Of a DNA stretch of 64,000 nucleotides, positions 37,905 through 50,113 are shown in pieces; position 1 is the stretch's first letter, and each line of letters begins with the position of its first letter. Made by a program: the position numbers and the translations under genes. The notes under the pieces were generated by a model, which was given only the letters and a program-made list of their open reading frames with translations, searched no databases and had not been told where the DNA came from. Where the stretch lies: positions 18,538,001-18,602,000 of the forward strand of contig CP158635.1 of NCBI GenBank assembly GCA_050273025.1, read 5' to 3'. This stretch comes from Cenococcum geophilum. Lineage: Eukaryota.

Positions 37905-39041
37905 GTTTGAAGGTGTTGGGCGGTGCTCTCTGGTCAGATTTTAATCAGCAATCCGTGATCTAGACCTACCACATGCTCCAATCCTTCGATAGTCATCTGG
38001 GAGAAGACCGGCAGAGGCGGGGTAGCGCGAGATTGATAATAATGACTGGCCTTACAAGTTGGCAATCAAACCGTATCCCAAACGAAGTGCTTGTATCGAG
38101 GCCGCTAAGCCTCAGTCAAAGGTTTGTTTCAGGGAGCGGGCATGCGGTTGGCGGAGTCAGACGCGGCGATAGCTGAGATATGCAAAGCTGTTTAGCAGCA
38201 ATAGAAGATTGTCGACAATTCTCCGATCGCTTTGACCAAGGTCTCCAACGTGTCTGCAGAGTTTTCGGACAATATTGCTGCGATATGAACGAAGTTAAGA
38301 TTAAACCGACAGCGTAACGGATGTACCGGCCCCTCTAGTCGTTTGGTTGTGCTGAACCAAGCCACTCGTGCAGGATGGAAGTGGGCCACGTAGATCTCTT
38401 GCAAGCAGCGGCGCCAAAAGCACAGCTGTAGTTCCAATGGCGTCCTAGGGTGGGGAGTGGAGGAGGAAGAAGGCAAGAAGAAGGCAGCGCTCGCAGTTGG
38501 AGGCGTTGTTCTCGTGGTGAGCGCTATAATCGGGGCTCGTATTGGGCTCTTGTGGTGGGGCAGTAGCTCCCCCTTGGTCCTAGACCTTTGGTGCTGTGGC
38601 GAATCTTGTATGAGAACCACTTTCTTATATGTATTTAACTACTTAACAATAATATTTTAACTTAATAAATTAATAAATATCTTTTGTAATCTATCATAAT
38701 TAGAATACTAAAAGTTAAAATATAAACTTGGGCTTTATGTGTATTCTTTGATATTAAAGGTCAAACGCTGAGCGGTGACGAAGATTTGGATGCCAAGCTT
38801 TGTCTCGCGTCAAATCGCAAACTCGTGTCCGTCGCCGCCAGAATTGAGCAGGGAGCGGAGCGCTTCTTCAGACTGATTCCCTCATTGCTGCAAACTTTTT
38901 CGCCGCAAATTTCAACAGTACACACACTGCCTAAGCTCCACTGACTCCCACCCAACAAGCATCAACACCACCACCTTCACGACCTTTCCCTGCTCTTGCT
39001 TACAAGACCGTATTGGATATAGTCCTCGACGTCAACAAAAA

Positions 39042-40350
39042 ATGTTTAACTGGGCGAAACAGCAGTCAGTACCGCTCTCCAACATCCTCTGTACCCTCAC
39101 TTAGACGTGCTGCCCCGCGATGTAGGCTGGCCAATGTAGCTGGCACCCAGGAGCCCATATATGGCCCTTCAGCCATCCAAACTGTGGAACAGCAAGCAAA
39201 GGATGCTCCCTACACCGAGTTGACCAAAAATGAGCTCAAATGGGTGGCCATGGAGTCAACATGCGTCGAGACGCAAACATTCTATATGATCGGAGATAGC
39301 GGGCACATAGGCATGGCTCAAGTCATCTACAGCAACGTTGCGTGAGAGGAAAGCCAATTCTCCGCAGTCAGGGTGTTTGCTAAGTACTTATTGCTTGCAG
39401 AGGCCTCCGAACTACATGCCAGTTCAACAGCAAAATCTTCTACCCCGACGGCAAGACCCCACATCTTTGGTCCTCCGACCCTCTCGACAATTACGGATTC
39501 GATGACGACAAATTCAGCTTTTTCGCTGATGGCTGCTCCATGGAGCTATCCGAAGACGGATCGTTTTACACCATCAAATCAGCAACCAATGAGAATAGCC
39601 TAGTCAATTTGAAGTTTACAAAGGCAGCACCCGGTTTTGTTGCAGGACAGAATGGCACAAGTTACTATGGAACTGATCCGAAGAGTCCGTGGGGCTCGAT
39701 GCGGCATGCTTTCTGGCCAAGGTGCAAGGTGGAGGGGAGCATTATTACAAAGGCAGGAGAGGTGGATTTCAAGGGGCTTGGCCTCTTCATTCACGCCTTG
39801 CAAGGAATGAAGCCGCACCATGCGGGTAAGCTGTGATCAATTCCCTTTGCATAGAAAAGACTCGCTGATGATCGTGATAGCCGCTCGCTGGAATTTTGCC
39901 AATTTTCAATCACCCACCTACTCTGCAGTTATGATGGAGTATACAACACCACCTTCATATGGATCGACTGTAGTTCGAGTTGGAGGAGTGGCAACCGATG
40001 GCAAACTGCTCTTCGCTGGTTGTACTGGCTCGGCCACCCATACAGAGGTAAAGGATGACCCCGAAAACGAGTGGCCAGAGCCTAGCGCTACCAACTATCA
40101 CTGGGAAGGAAAGACAGCAGATGGAAAGGAAGCTCGCGCAGACCTCAGTGGCAGTCTTGGTACACGGCTAGACCGTGTGGATGTTATGGCGGAGGTTCCT
40201 GGCTTCGTCAAGGCGATCATTGCGAGTGCTGCGGGAACAAAGCCGTACATCTATCAGTTTGCTCCTAAGTTGACGCTCGACCTTCATATTGGTGAGGAGG
40301 GGATTAAGGAAGATGGGGCTATGTTCACGGAGGCTACGTTTATCTCGTAA
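39042..40350 (+). CDS. SVF1: Survival factor 1 (Svf1), 4 exons
   Basis: [80 protein letters not shown]. Confidence 0.92.
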
Positions 40351-40806
40351 TCGGCGTTCCGCTTATCCACTTTAACTACGAAGCTAGTAATGCCTAGACA
40401 TCCACTCAGGCCTGGCGCTTGAGAAGTATTAATTCTTTCCTGTTCTCAACCTGCTCGCACACCGCATTGTGAAACAAAGATCATTCCAGGAAGTTTAACT
40501 GCTTGACTAAAAATACCTTTTTCCGTTAGCTGTTTGGACCATTGGATTATAATTTGGGAATAAACTCTATCCACAAACCACAAACCACGAACTGAACACT
40601 TTTCCCAGGCCTTATTTATACTCATTTGCTAATACAATATATTCATTTAGAGGTGGATAAGATGGGGTACTCAATTCACCTCTACTCACATGACCCCGCG
40701 TGAGGTCTTGGCGTGACGCTCCACCACCAGCCGAGGTGGCGGTCCACCGATGTCACTGCGCCGCAACACTCCATCAAGACAATTTACATTGTTATAATTC
40801 GACAAC

Positions 40807-41740
40807 ATGGCAAAACCTTCCACCAGTCAGCGCCCCATTCCTCAGCCAGCATCTCGTCTACCATACGGTGGCCCCGGGGCGGCAGGTCTTGGAAAGGGCC
40901 TCGGAAAAGGCAAGGCATTCAAAAGACACAGGTCAGTAGACAAGCCGCACTCAAGTCTAGCACTGCAGCCTCAATCCAGTCACTTCAAACTCTGCGTTGC
41001 TGCATATCTGACATTTTCAATAGAAAAGTCCTACGGGATAATATCCAAGCAGTCACTAAAGGTGACATAAAGTGCGTCATTTTCAATCTTGCCATCAACC
41101 AGATCCAGACACGAGACTGCACGGCTGCAACTCACCTGGCGAGCGGACTTGTATCGCTGCCTTGAGTCAAACTCTATCGTTACCGCTATCCGTCGACCAG
41201 GCCCTTCTAAGTTGATATCTGTAAATTAGGCGTCTTGCCCGTCGCGGTGGTGTTAAACGCATTTCAGCCAATATCTATGCCGATACGCGCAGTGCTCTCA
41301 AAGCACGACTGGAATTGGTGAGCATTAGTGCTAGCCATTCGATCGCCCCTAACAAGAACTAACTCAGCCTTGTAGTTGTTGAGAGAGATAGTGTGTGTTG
41401 TCGGTATGTCACCTATCCTAACGATCGCATATTTTAAGTCATCATCCGACTGACTTTGAACAGAGCACTGTGGCAGAAAGACAGTCTGTGTCACTGACGT
41501 GAGCTACTTCTCACCACACTTATGCATTATGAATAACGGCAAGCTAACCTATTACAAAATATTAGGTTGTCTTCATCTTAAACCGCGTAAGTAGATGCTG
41601 CAGAGTGCTCGTCCGCAATTATAATCAGCCTGCTAATTCCAAATCATAGCTTGGATCGCCCCTTTACGTAAGCGCTGCTGCTCCTCAATACCGCCCCGCA
41701 TAACTAACTAGTGTAGGGATTTGGCTTGGGTCACAAATGA
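40807..41740 (+). CDS. Divergent histone H4 variant, 8 exons
   Basis: Spliced: MAKPSTSQRPIPQPASRLPYGGPGAAGLGKGLGKGKAFKRHR|KVLRDNIQAVTKGDIK|RLARRGGVKRISANIYADTRSALKARLEL|LLREIVCVV|EHCGRKTVCVTD|VVFILNR|LGSPLY|GFGLGHK*; all seven introns GT-AG. Confidence 0.85.
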
Positions 41741-42819
41741 TGCGTGACCTACAGCCGAAGGATCTTTTCGCTTTATCTTGATACCCACCATTGGCGTTTT
41801 GGAATGGGTTGGCGCTGGGGAAACTTTGTTGTTCAACTTGGAAGGATCTTGTCAGCTTCATAGCTGCAACACATTATCGATTTACATCGATACGATCTGT
41901 CATGGTTTATTGCGGATGTTTTTGGCAGTCAGTGGTTCATGGACGTCTCTTTCTTCAAGGAGGTTGTACTGCATGCTTTAATTTGAGCACGGTATGAAAT
42001 GATTCCAATATTATGAAGCAAAGTCCGAACCACTTAAGATCTCCATGACGCCCGCAAGGTAAATCAATGTTTACCGTGTGATTGACTTGACTCTTTAATG
42101 TAAGCTCGTGACGAGACCTCTCACCAACACCTACCAGCATCACGCTCCCATACACCCTGCTAAATCCATATGAAGAACGGCAACAGCACACATACGGCCG
42201 GGGAAAGCCGTCAAACACAACAAGTTCAAAAACGCAAGTTTGATGAGACCACACTTCAACAACCCGCCAGCCAAGAACATCAGCCTGTACACATCCCCGC
42301 TCATCCAGCATTCATCTGAGCACTTCTAATTTCTACTTTTAGGGCTTTCAGCTATTCCCTCCATCAATGCCCACATAATTTGGCAGTACCATGATGTCTG
42401 GCCTGGCCTAGCATGTGGATCTGTTGATGAAATTGCAGCCTTATGTGAGAGATTGACTGCGATGGAGAACCTGACAGCACGTATCCTGACTGGCATTCTC
42501 CTAAAGCTGACCGTTAGATTGCGATTCTCAGAGCGGATTCGGATCAGGCTAGTGTACACTACGAAGAACTCAGAGTTTCACATGAGAGCTTTCTTGGGAG
42601 AACAATGTCGCTCGTGACAACACTATCAAAGCCCGGAAGATAGAGGCCGAATTTGAAGTTGTCTTGAAGGATATGGAGGCCATAAAGACCGTGTTGGTCG
42701 GATTGTGAGGCAATGCTGCTCGATGAACTGGGGGGACCGATTCTGAATGTACATACTTAACGACCAATATCTAACCTCTAATGTCTGAGCTCAGGCAAGC
42801 CCGACCCGGTGCTGACCCT

Positions 42820-44032
42820 CTAGCCCCTCCCCAAGCTCTCCCTCGCTCTCTCCCCCTCCTTCTCCCCGTACCACTCCCCCTCCCCCTCCCCCTCCGCCCC
42901 CCCACTCAGCCTGCCTCGGCTCGACCTCAAAGCACCCTTACTCGCATCCACAATCGGCGCCACCCACCGCTCCTCCCCCTTCCCCTCTCCATCTCCTCCG
43001 CTGCGGAACGCGGCGCCAGCCAACAGCGTCGCGTGCGAGTTGATGTAGATGCTCTCCCAGCGGCCGGCGGGCGCGGCGTACATCTCGTGCCAGATGGAGA
43101 GGTGCGGGTGGTCGACGACGAAGCGGTTCCACCAGTTCCAGCCGGCACGGTGGAGCGGGGAGACGGCGAAGGCGTGAAGGTGTCTGCGTGGGGTGTGTGT
43201 TAGTGGGGTAAGGGGGGGAGAGAAGGGGGGAGTATGGAAGGGAGGCCTACTCGATGCTGCGGAAGTACATGACGGTTAGGTTTTCGTTCGTGGTGGACCG
43301 CTCGCCGTTGGAGAGCCAGTTCGAGGCGCCGAGGTAGCCGTATTTGTCGGCGTTTACTGCCAGATGGGAAGCTTTAATAGATGCTAGATGTGTTTGGTAT
43401 CTGATGGAGGCCGCAGAGCTAAGGGAGGGAAAGGAAGGAGTGGGGATAGGGGGCTGAAACATACGCTCGAGTTCCTTGTTCATTTTGCCAAAGTATCCGC
43501 CGAGATCTCGGGCGCCTGGCGCGAGGACACCTAGAGGGCTGCACCGAATCAGATTTGCTTTGCTGCCTTGACTTCTCCCTTGCTTGCAGAGATAGTAACG
43601 ATTTAGGGGTGAAGATTGGAGTGAACGCACTGGTTGATACGCCCGCCAATCAGGAATACCACGATTTCCTGGTTAGCTGGCGTGTTGCCAAAATTACCGG
43701 CGGTATCTGGGTACTGTGCGGAGAACTTTTTCAGGATCACGCCATCTAATTCGTGGTTACGCTTTACGCCGACAGCCATCAGAAAGGTATCAGCGGTGCG
43801 GTAGAGGATGAGGAGTAGTGCTGGAAGGAATGCGAGGCGGCCGAAGAGGAGGAATAGGGTGGCTTGACAAAGAGCACCTAGGGCGAGCCATGTTGAGATT
43901 GTAAATTGGTCGCGGAAAAACTGGGGATGGGTAAGTCTCTTGGAGAAGGGAGAGGTGGTGTTTAGGAAGAACCGTAAGGCTTTTTGAGATATGGTATCCA
44001 CTGGTGCGGGTTATTGCCCTTGCTGAAGACAT
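42820..44032 (-). CDS. DUF4188-family putative monooxygenase, multi-exon
   Basis: RDQFTISTWL, VVFLIGGRINHPLG, YGYLGASNW, VMYFRS, LHAFA..PLHRAGWNWW, IWHEMY..PAGRWESIY; ATG at 44032 joined through a short intron. Confidence 0.78.
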
Positions 44033-44381
44033 TTACAGCTGAGAGAGCTGTACTTGGAAATATGTTTTCTTACAGAAATCCTGCCTCCACTAAAAGGACC
44101 ACACACTTTCTTTGTCATCTGCATCCTGTATTGGGACCATGGCCGCTTGTCAAAAGGCTTGATTAGTGGTGTAAAATCCATATTGAGTATTGTAGTACGA
44201 AATGCTAATAATCGATATTCTTCGGAATTTGAAAGGGGAGTATGTGAGTTGTAGGAGTCGTCTTCGTTAGATAAGTGCCTTCCAGAATCCTTGATATGCA
44301 GGTGATTACTTTTCGGAATTGTGGTGCAGTATTTGTTGGGCTTAAATCCTGCTAGGAAAAGAAGCATACGGGCGTAGGTCG

Positions 44382-44549
44382 TATCCCTTCGGCTGGTCCT
44401 ACGGTTATCGATGGGGGCCAGCCAATAGAATCAATAGTATCAAGGCCCCGTAACCATACGCGTACTTTTGACGCTCGCGCACGGTCCAACTACCGTAGAA
44501 CCTTACCAGCCGAAGGGATAGGTGCCTAGATACCTTGGACCGTGCGCGA
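44382..44549. repeat. Two interlocked perfect inverted repeats (A-B-A'-B')
   Basis: A 44382-44397 / A' 44505-44520 (16 bp); B 44475-44489 / B' 44535-44549 (15 bp). Confidence 0.85.
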
Positions 44550-44887
44550 AGGAGAGTTCCGGGCCTCGGAGGGATCGGAAGACGCTCTTGAATCGCCAAC
44601 TAGACGACGAGCCGAACTAGCCGGGCAGCACGTTTGGTAATTAGTATAGTTAACGCTCTGGCTAGAATGCGAAGAAATTATAACCCCCCGCAGGCTAGAA
44701 AGTGTTCTTTGTATTGCAATGAGGTAAGGGCCTTGAAGACTGATAGCAAAAATGATGAGAATAAATGAAACCATCATCTAACCTCCTAAAGAGAAAATGC
44801 TCAACGTTCTAATGCTCGTCAAATCCTATCACATTCTATACCAGCATATTGACTTCATATCCCTTTCCAGAAATGCTGACACCGCCT

Positions 44888-46051
44888 CTAAACGTCGGCC
44901 AGCCAACGTCTTAACCGAGCGTATTTAATTTGAAATGGCTCGACGCCGTTCCGATCATGCAGGTCCTCCAAGCTGCGCAGCAGGGAAAATGCCTCGTCCG
45001 CAATAAGCCGTTTCTGATCTTTGCTGAGTTGGACGTATTTCATAATAGGCTGCAAATAAATGCCTAGAGTCCAACGAAAGATTCTAATGAAATCGTCGTG
45101 GCGCAGTTTGTGGCCCCAATACCACCAATGTTGAACCCGAGCTTGGTACTTCCATGGTATGTGTTGCTGCATCTCATCCCTAGCGCCACACCAGAGGAAC
45201 CACTTGGAAAGTCGAATAATGAAAATGAAGTAAGGCCGAAAGCCATCAGGAACTTCATAGATGTTTCCGAAGTACCTAGTCTCAGACCAACTAGCATAGT
45301 TTCCGTCTGGAAACCAAAAGTGACCCTTTTCATTGATTTGAAATGTTAAGACAAGTCCATTGTTGTATTGGAGGTGGGCTCTGCTAGTGGGAGGAAGCCT
45401 CTCAACCCAGGACATGACGGCACGAAAATCATTGTTATCAATGTCTGCAACAAATGGAGTTTTGGAATAAAATTCGTAGGAAAACTCATGTCTGATGGTA
45501 CGACATACTCTAAGCAAAGCTGGCCACACTGAAGGGCCATTCTGAGGAAGGCGTCTGGATGAACAAATTGGCAGCGGTCGTTGCTTGTTCAGAACGAGGT
45601 TGTATATCATGACCCTAAGTTCCGGAGGAAGTTTGCCGAAGTAGCAGACTTCCCCATGGGCAGGATTGATAAGGCTCTTTGACGACTGTTGTCTTTCCTT
45701 GTGCCGAATTCGCTTTGATATAAAAGTCGGCGATGATGGAGTCGATGTGGTATCAGAGCTTTCTTCCAATGTGGCCCTCGGAGAATTGATAGGAGCATGG
45801 CTAGCGCCGGATGATTGCCTCGAATTTTGAGAAGAGGCACTCCCTTGAGAGGCAGCTCGAAATCTTCCCGAGGACCAATCCGAGGTATTTGCACGAAATG
45901 GAAGTGTTGAATGAGAAACATCGCCTCTCACAGAGGTCGTGGGAGACCCAGCTGGAGATGTAGCATCGTCTCCATGAGAGCCCCTACGAGCTTGAGAGGA
46001 TCGTTTCGCCAGAGACGTAGCAGTCGGGCGTAAAAACGATGGCGGTGTCAT
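44888..46051 (-). CDS. Hypothetical protein with F-box-like motif
   Basis: 387-aa ORF; Ser-rich N-terminus then FGKLPPELRVMIYNLVL and PALLRVCRTIRHEF..FY, a common fungal F-box-like signature. Confidence 0.65.
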   Translation of the reverse strand: MTPPSFLRPTATSLAKRSSQARRGSHGDDATSPAGSPTTSVRGDVSHSTLPFRANTSDWSSGRFRAASQGSASSQNSRQSSGASHAPINSPRATLEESSDTTSTPSSPTFISKRIRHKERQQSSKSLINPAHGEVCYFGKLPPELRVMIYNLVLNKQRPLPICSSRRLPQNGPSVWPALLRVCRTIRHEFSYEFYSKTPFVADIDNNDFRAVMSWVERLPPTSRAHLQYNNGLVLTFQINEKGHFWFPDGNYASWSETRYFGNIYEVPDGFRPYFIFIIRLSKWFLWCGARDEMQQHIPWKYQARVQHWWYWGHKLRHDDFIRIFRWTLGIYLQPIMKYVQLSKDQKRLIADEAFSLLRSLEDLHDRNGVEPFQIKYARLRRWLADV

Positions 46052-47631
46052 TGTTGAGTGTGCGAAGGAAGATGTTCTATGTGCCTTCGGCGTTTGTAGC
46101 TAGGCTAAGTCAGATTCGTGATGCAGCTCAGTAGAAGAATGGACCCGTGAAAGGACTTAGAATTTCGACGCTCTTTACCGGAGAGACTCCTCAGCGACAG
46201 AGTACGGGCTAATGGTGATAGGATTCCAAGAGTGAAAAAGCCCGGGAGATAGCCGGAGGGAAACGACCAACCGTATAGCAAAAGTAGGAAGGTGCGAAGG
46301 CGTATAATCCATTTACTCTATAGTCATATACACTACCATGCAAGATCTCGCAAATGGATTTTCCGTTGTTGATCCGAGGTTGAAGGGGCGGCTACGGGAG
46401 TGTAAGAACACTTCCCCGCGGCAATCGTTTGCCCGGCCAGCGCATTTTGGCCAGCGCATTACTTGTAAATCGACGCTTGGTCTCTTGCCCATCGCTAACG
46501 TCTCCCTTCATATGGTGGTAATAAGATATTAGAATATGAAGCCTCTTCCTATTCTAAATGTGCTGTTTATGGGCGCACCTATCATGCTGTTTTTCAAGTA
46601 TGATGTTCTGAATTCGGCTCACATTCTTAGTAGCCGGTCTACTTGAGCAAGCCTCCCCGTTATGCATTACAGCATTCCATAAAGACGGAGAATTACTACC
46701 ATTGCAGTAGAAGAAAGATTTAAAGATCGCTCCTCTGAGATGTTAGAGAAGCGATCAGTTGAGAATTCTTGCAAGATATTGGATAGATGAGCTACAAATA
46801 TGTGCAGCAAGAATCTCTTCAACTACACAACGGATACGAGCTTCCTACGCGGTGAACATGTGGAAGAAAATTCTGTGATAAGCCGAGAGCAACTTGGCAT
46901 ACCGCGGATTACTGAATAGTCGTGGCTGACAGGATATGACCGGTACCATAGAATTTGTCATAAAGCAGGAAGCCTTCAGCCTCTCCTTGTCGTTCTAAGC
47001 CACTATGGGCTTACATATATGGATAATAGATAACTTTTCGTTTTGGCGCAGCCAGGGCCAATTGGATGAGACGTGTCGCATCCATGAGATAAGCTTGGTG
47101 ACGAGTATAGGATGAATAACGCGCGATACTTAGAGCAGAGATGGCCATAGCTCAGAGCTGGTGGAAGTGTGGCAGCCATCACTTGTTTTGGTTTCGTGGA
47201 TGGCAACATCAAGAGCGAACTCGTTACCGTCAGCCTTAACTCACGCACGGGGTAGCTCGAGATATGTATGGCGTGTCATGGCTCATCAGTCCCGAACTTT
47301 GTTTGTTCAGGGAACGGTATCCATAAGATGCAGGAATCTTTACAGATGAATCGCTGTAATAAATTGTAAGAGTGACTTGGGTTCGTGGTTTCAGTGCCAG
47401 ACGGTGGATGTTACCTAGCACAGCCACAAAGAATTTTACAGTGGTTTTCTTATCATCTGCAAAGTTCGCTTGATAAGAGCCGCCCACATTAAAATATTTT
47501 GATTATATACAAAATCACATACAAATCGAATATCGTCGAATGCGCACCACTTTTTTTAAACTCTAAAATATATGAAGCTCTAGTTTCTATTGACATTTAT
47601 ATCGCGACGTCTTGGCAGGTGTTTTTACCAA

Positions 47632-49477
47632 TATGGCGTCCTCATCAAGCCTCCGGAAACGAGCCGCGTCGCAGGTTATACAACCTCTACGCCCACCACC
47701 AGCACCCCCTGGCTCTCGCTCCCTTACTAAAAGCAATTGGCATCTTGGTATAGCACCTAAAAAAGGGTAAGCTAATTATGTAAGAGCTTCCTCTGTACCT
47801 ACAGAGGAACTCTCTAAGGAGCTAGATGAGGTTAACTTCCTAGAAGACGAAGATATCGGAATTAATAAGGATAATAACTGCGGCTCTCCTATACCAGTCC
47901 TCCTTAGTAAGGAAGGCTTTATTCCTACTAGCTCTTTACCTAAGGACTATCCTTCTGTTGATTATGAGGGAGTATCCTTACCACAAGTGCGACGCTAGTT
48001 AAGAAAGGTAGTAGAGAATAAGGAAGTAGCCTCTTAGCGAGCTTCTAAAATCGCTAGAAAGAAGAATAGTAAGAAGCCAAAGCCTCTTAAGAAGCTACCT
48101 GCAAGAAATCCTTTATTACATAAGTCTCTACGTATAATTTTTACAGAGCGTTAAAATTAAGAGGCAATTAATCTGGGATATTCGTCACCCCCTAAATTAG
48201 AACTAGATGTAATGTAGGAGCCAGAGCGGGAGCTAGAGGAGCCGGAGCCGGAGCCTATTCCTTATACGCTTATTTGGCGTATAGTAGTGGGTAATATACC
48301 TATTGCAAATATAGCTTAGCGAGTGTATATATATAGCTTTCGCTACTTTAAGTTAATAAGGTGGATAGATAAGGTTCGCGAGAAATCTCTAGGTCGATTT
48401 AACTTTACCGCAGTAATATAGGTAGCCGCCAGTTACAATCGGGCCACTAAGCGCAAAGAAGTCCTTGTTAATCTATATGGTATAAAAGATATTACCGCTA
48501 TAAAGCGGCTTTTAGAGGCCTAGTACGGTAAGAAGAAGAAGGGCTTAAAAGTTAAAGTCACTGTAACTCTTTTGGAGCTCCTATAGGTGTCAAATTTATT
48601 AAATTTAGAAGCTAGTATACCCGACTCCTTAAATATATAGGCCTTCGCCAATTAACTTAGAAGTATCCTAGAGGTAATTAGTAATTAGAATAAGAAAGGT
48701 AAGGCTTTAAGTGGTACTATAACTGCTCTATAACGCCTAAATATACCAGGCATAATATTAACTAAGGTTCTTGCTTAGCATAGTAGGCCACTAATTGTAA
48801 TGCGATGGCCTTGCTAAAATCCAATCTATTTAAATAACGGGCGTAGTTGCTAGGTTAATAGTAGCAGTCCAGATAATTTAGCTAATTACCACCCTATTAA
48901 TACACTGACTATAACCGCATAGGGGAATAATATTTTAAAGGGCAAGGCTACTCCTAATAAGCCGCCCGTATGAATCGCTATACAGCTGAGCTAAAAGGAC
49001 GGCTTGGTACGATCGTATAGAGCCAAAACGGAGCTAACGCCTTAGCCGAGCTACCCTCCCTATACCCCTTACCAGATGCATCCTCTATAGTATTAAACAC
49101 AACCACACTTTTAGTACGCGCCTTACCTATATCCACAGCCTACTATACCTAGGGTACCTCCCCCGACCTATGTAATAGAGCCGGTACTACTTCTAGAGCC
49201 TTCTATAAGCCCAATTGCACCTAGGCCTAATTTTACCTAAGAGCTAAACAACTACTTTAACTAGCTTTAAGAATACCCTTATTAGAACTTAGTAGAGTTA
49301 GCTACTAAGTTAGAATATATTATAGATATCTTAAACGAGAATAACTATAATTTAGAAGCCTTATATAATAGTAAGGAGCTTAGTAATATAACGTGGGAAG
49401 AGCTGGGCTTAAAATTGGGTACATTAATAAAGCTCCAGCGAGACTTAAAGGTATATAGGAAGTCGATTAAGTAGTAA
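47632..49477 (+). pseudogene. RIP-inactivated ~600-codon ORF convergent with the transposase (putative accessory/cargo gene)
   Basis: One frame from MASSSSLRKRAAS... with many TAA/TAG stops consistent with mutated Gln/Trp codons; includes EPEPEP, RWPC*NPI..NNGRSC*V..YHPI and a Pro/Tyr/Gln-rich tract. Confidence 0.65.
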
Positions 49478-49580
49478 GTAATATTTGTTTCTATACTATT
49501 TTATAGCTGATTAATATAAGGGAAGCTAACTAGTTAACTACTAGATAACCTATATGTTGGAAGTGCGATCGCGTAGCTAA

Positions 49581-50005
49581 TGTAACGGAACCTTGTAGCA
49601 AGAACTACAATAGGCTCGTTATTGGGCTAGGTGTGTAGGAAATGCAAGTATAAAAGTCAACAACGTAATAATAACTGGTGGAGTGGTTACCTAATAGATT
49701 AACTCTAATTATATTCTAAGAATTACTATAAGGAAGGAACTATCTAGGTAGGGACTAAGGGTCCTTAAATACACAACCGTACTCCTATAAAATCCTTCTT
49801 ATATATAATATACGTCTTATATATAAGGTACATAAGTTCCTCTTATTCCTCTTGTTTAATACGTAGCATATTATATAACCTTAGTTACTATTCCTCGTTA
49901 TATGGTTCTACTGGCTCCATCCTAGACCGTACTTAAATTAACTAACTAGCTTCTTCCGTCTCTTCTCTAAGTAGTCATAATATCGTACTTAAAGCGTCCG
50001 TAATA
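49581..50005 (-). repeat. Gypsy 3' LTR
   Basis: tgtaacggaacc...taata; direct repeat of 63321-63745. Confidence 0.93.
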
Positions 50006-50113
50006 CTATCTCCCTCCTCTTTATCTTTATCCTTAAAGATTTAAAACATCTCTAAGTTATTTACTAAAGGTGTAATGTCTATCTAATTAATTTAGTTAAT
50101 ATTATTACTTATT

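Noticed and set aside
38615..38760. Very AT-rich patch between SAT4 and SVF1
   Set aside because: Possibly a RIP relic, but no termini or second copy found in the window.
41955..42770. Short ORFs between the H4 variant and the DUF4188 gene
   Set aside because: No recognisable domain or consistent splice model.
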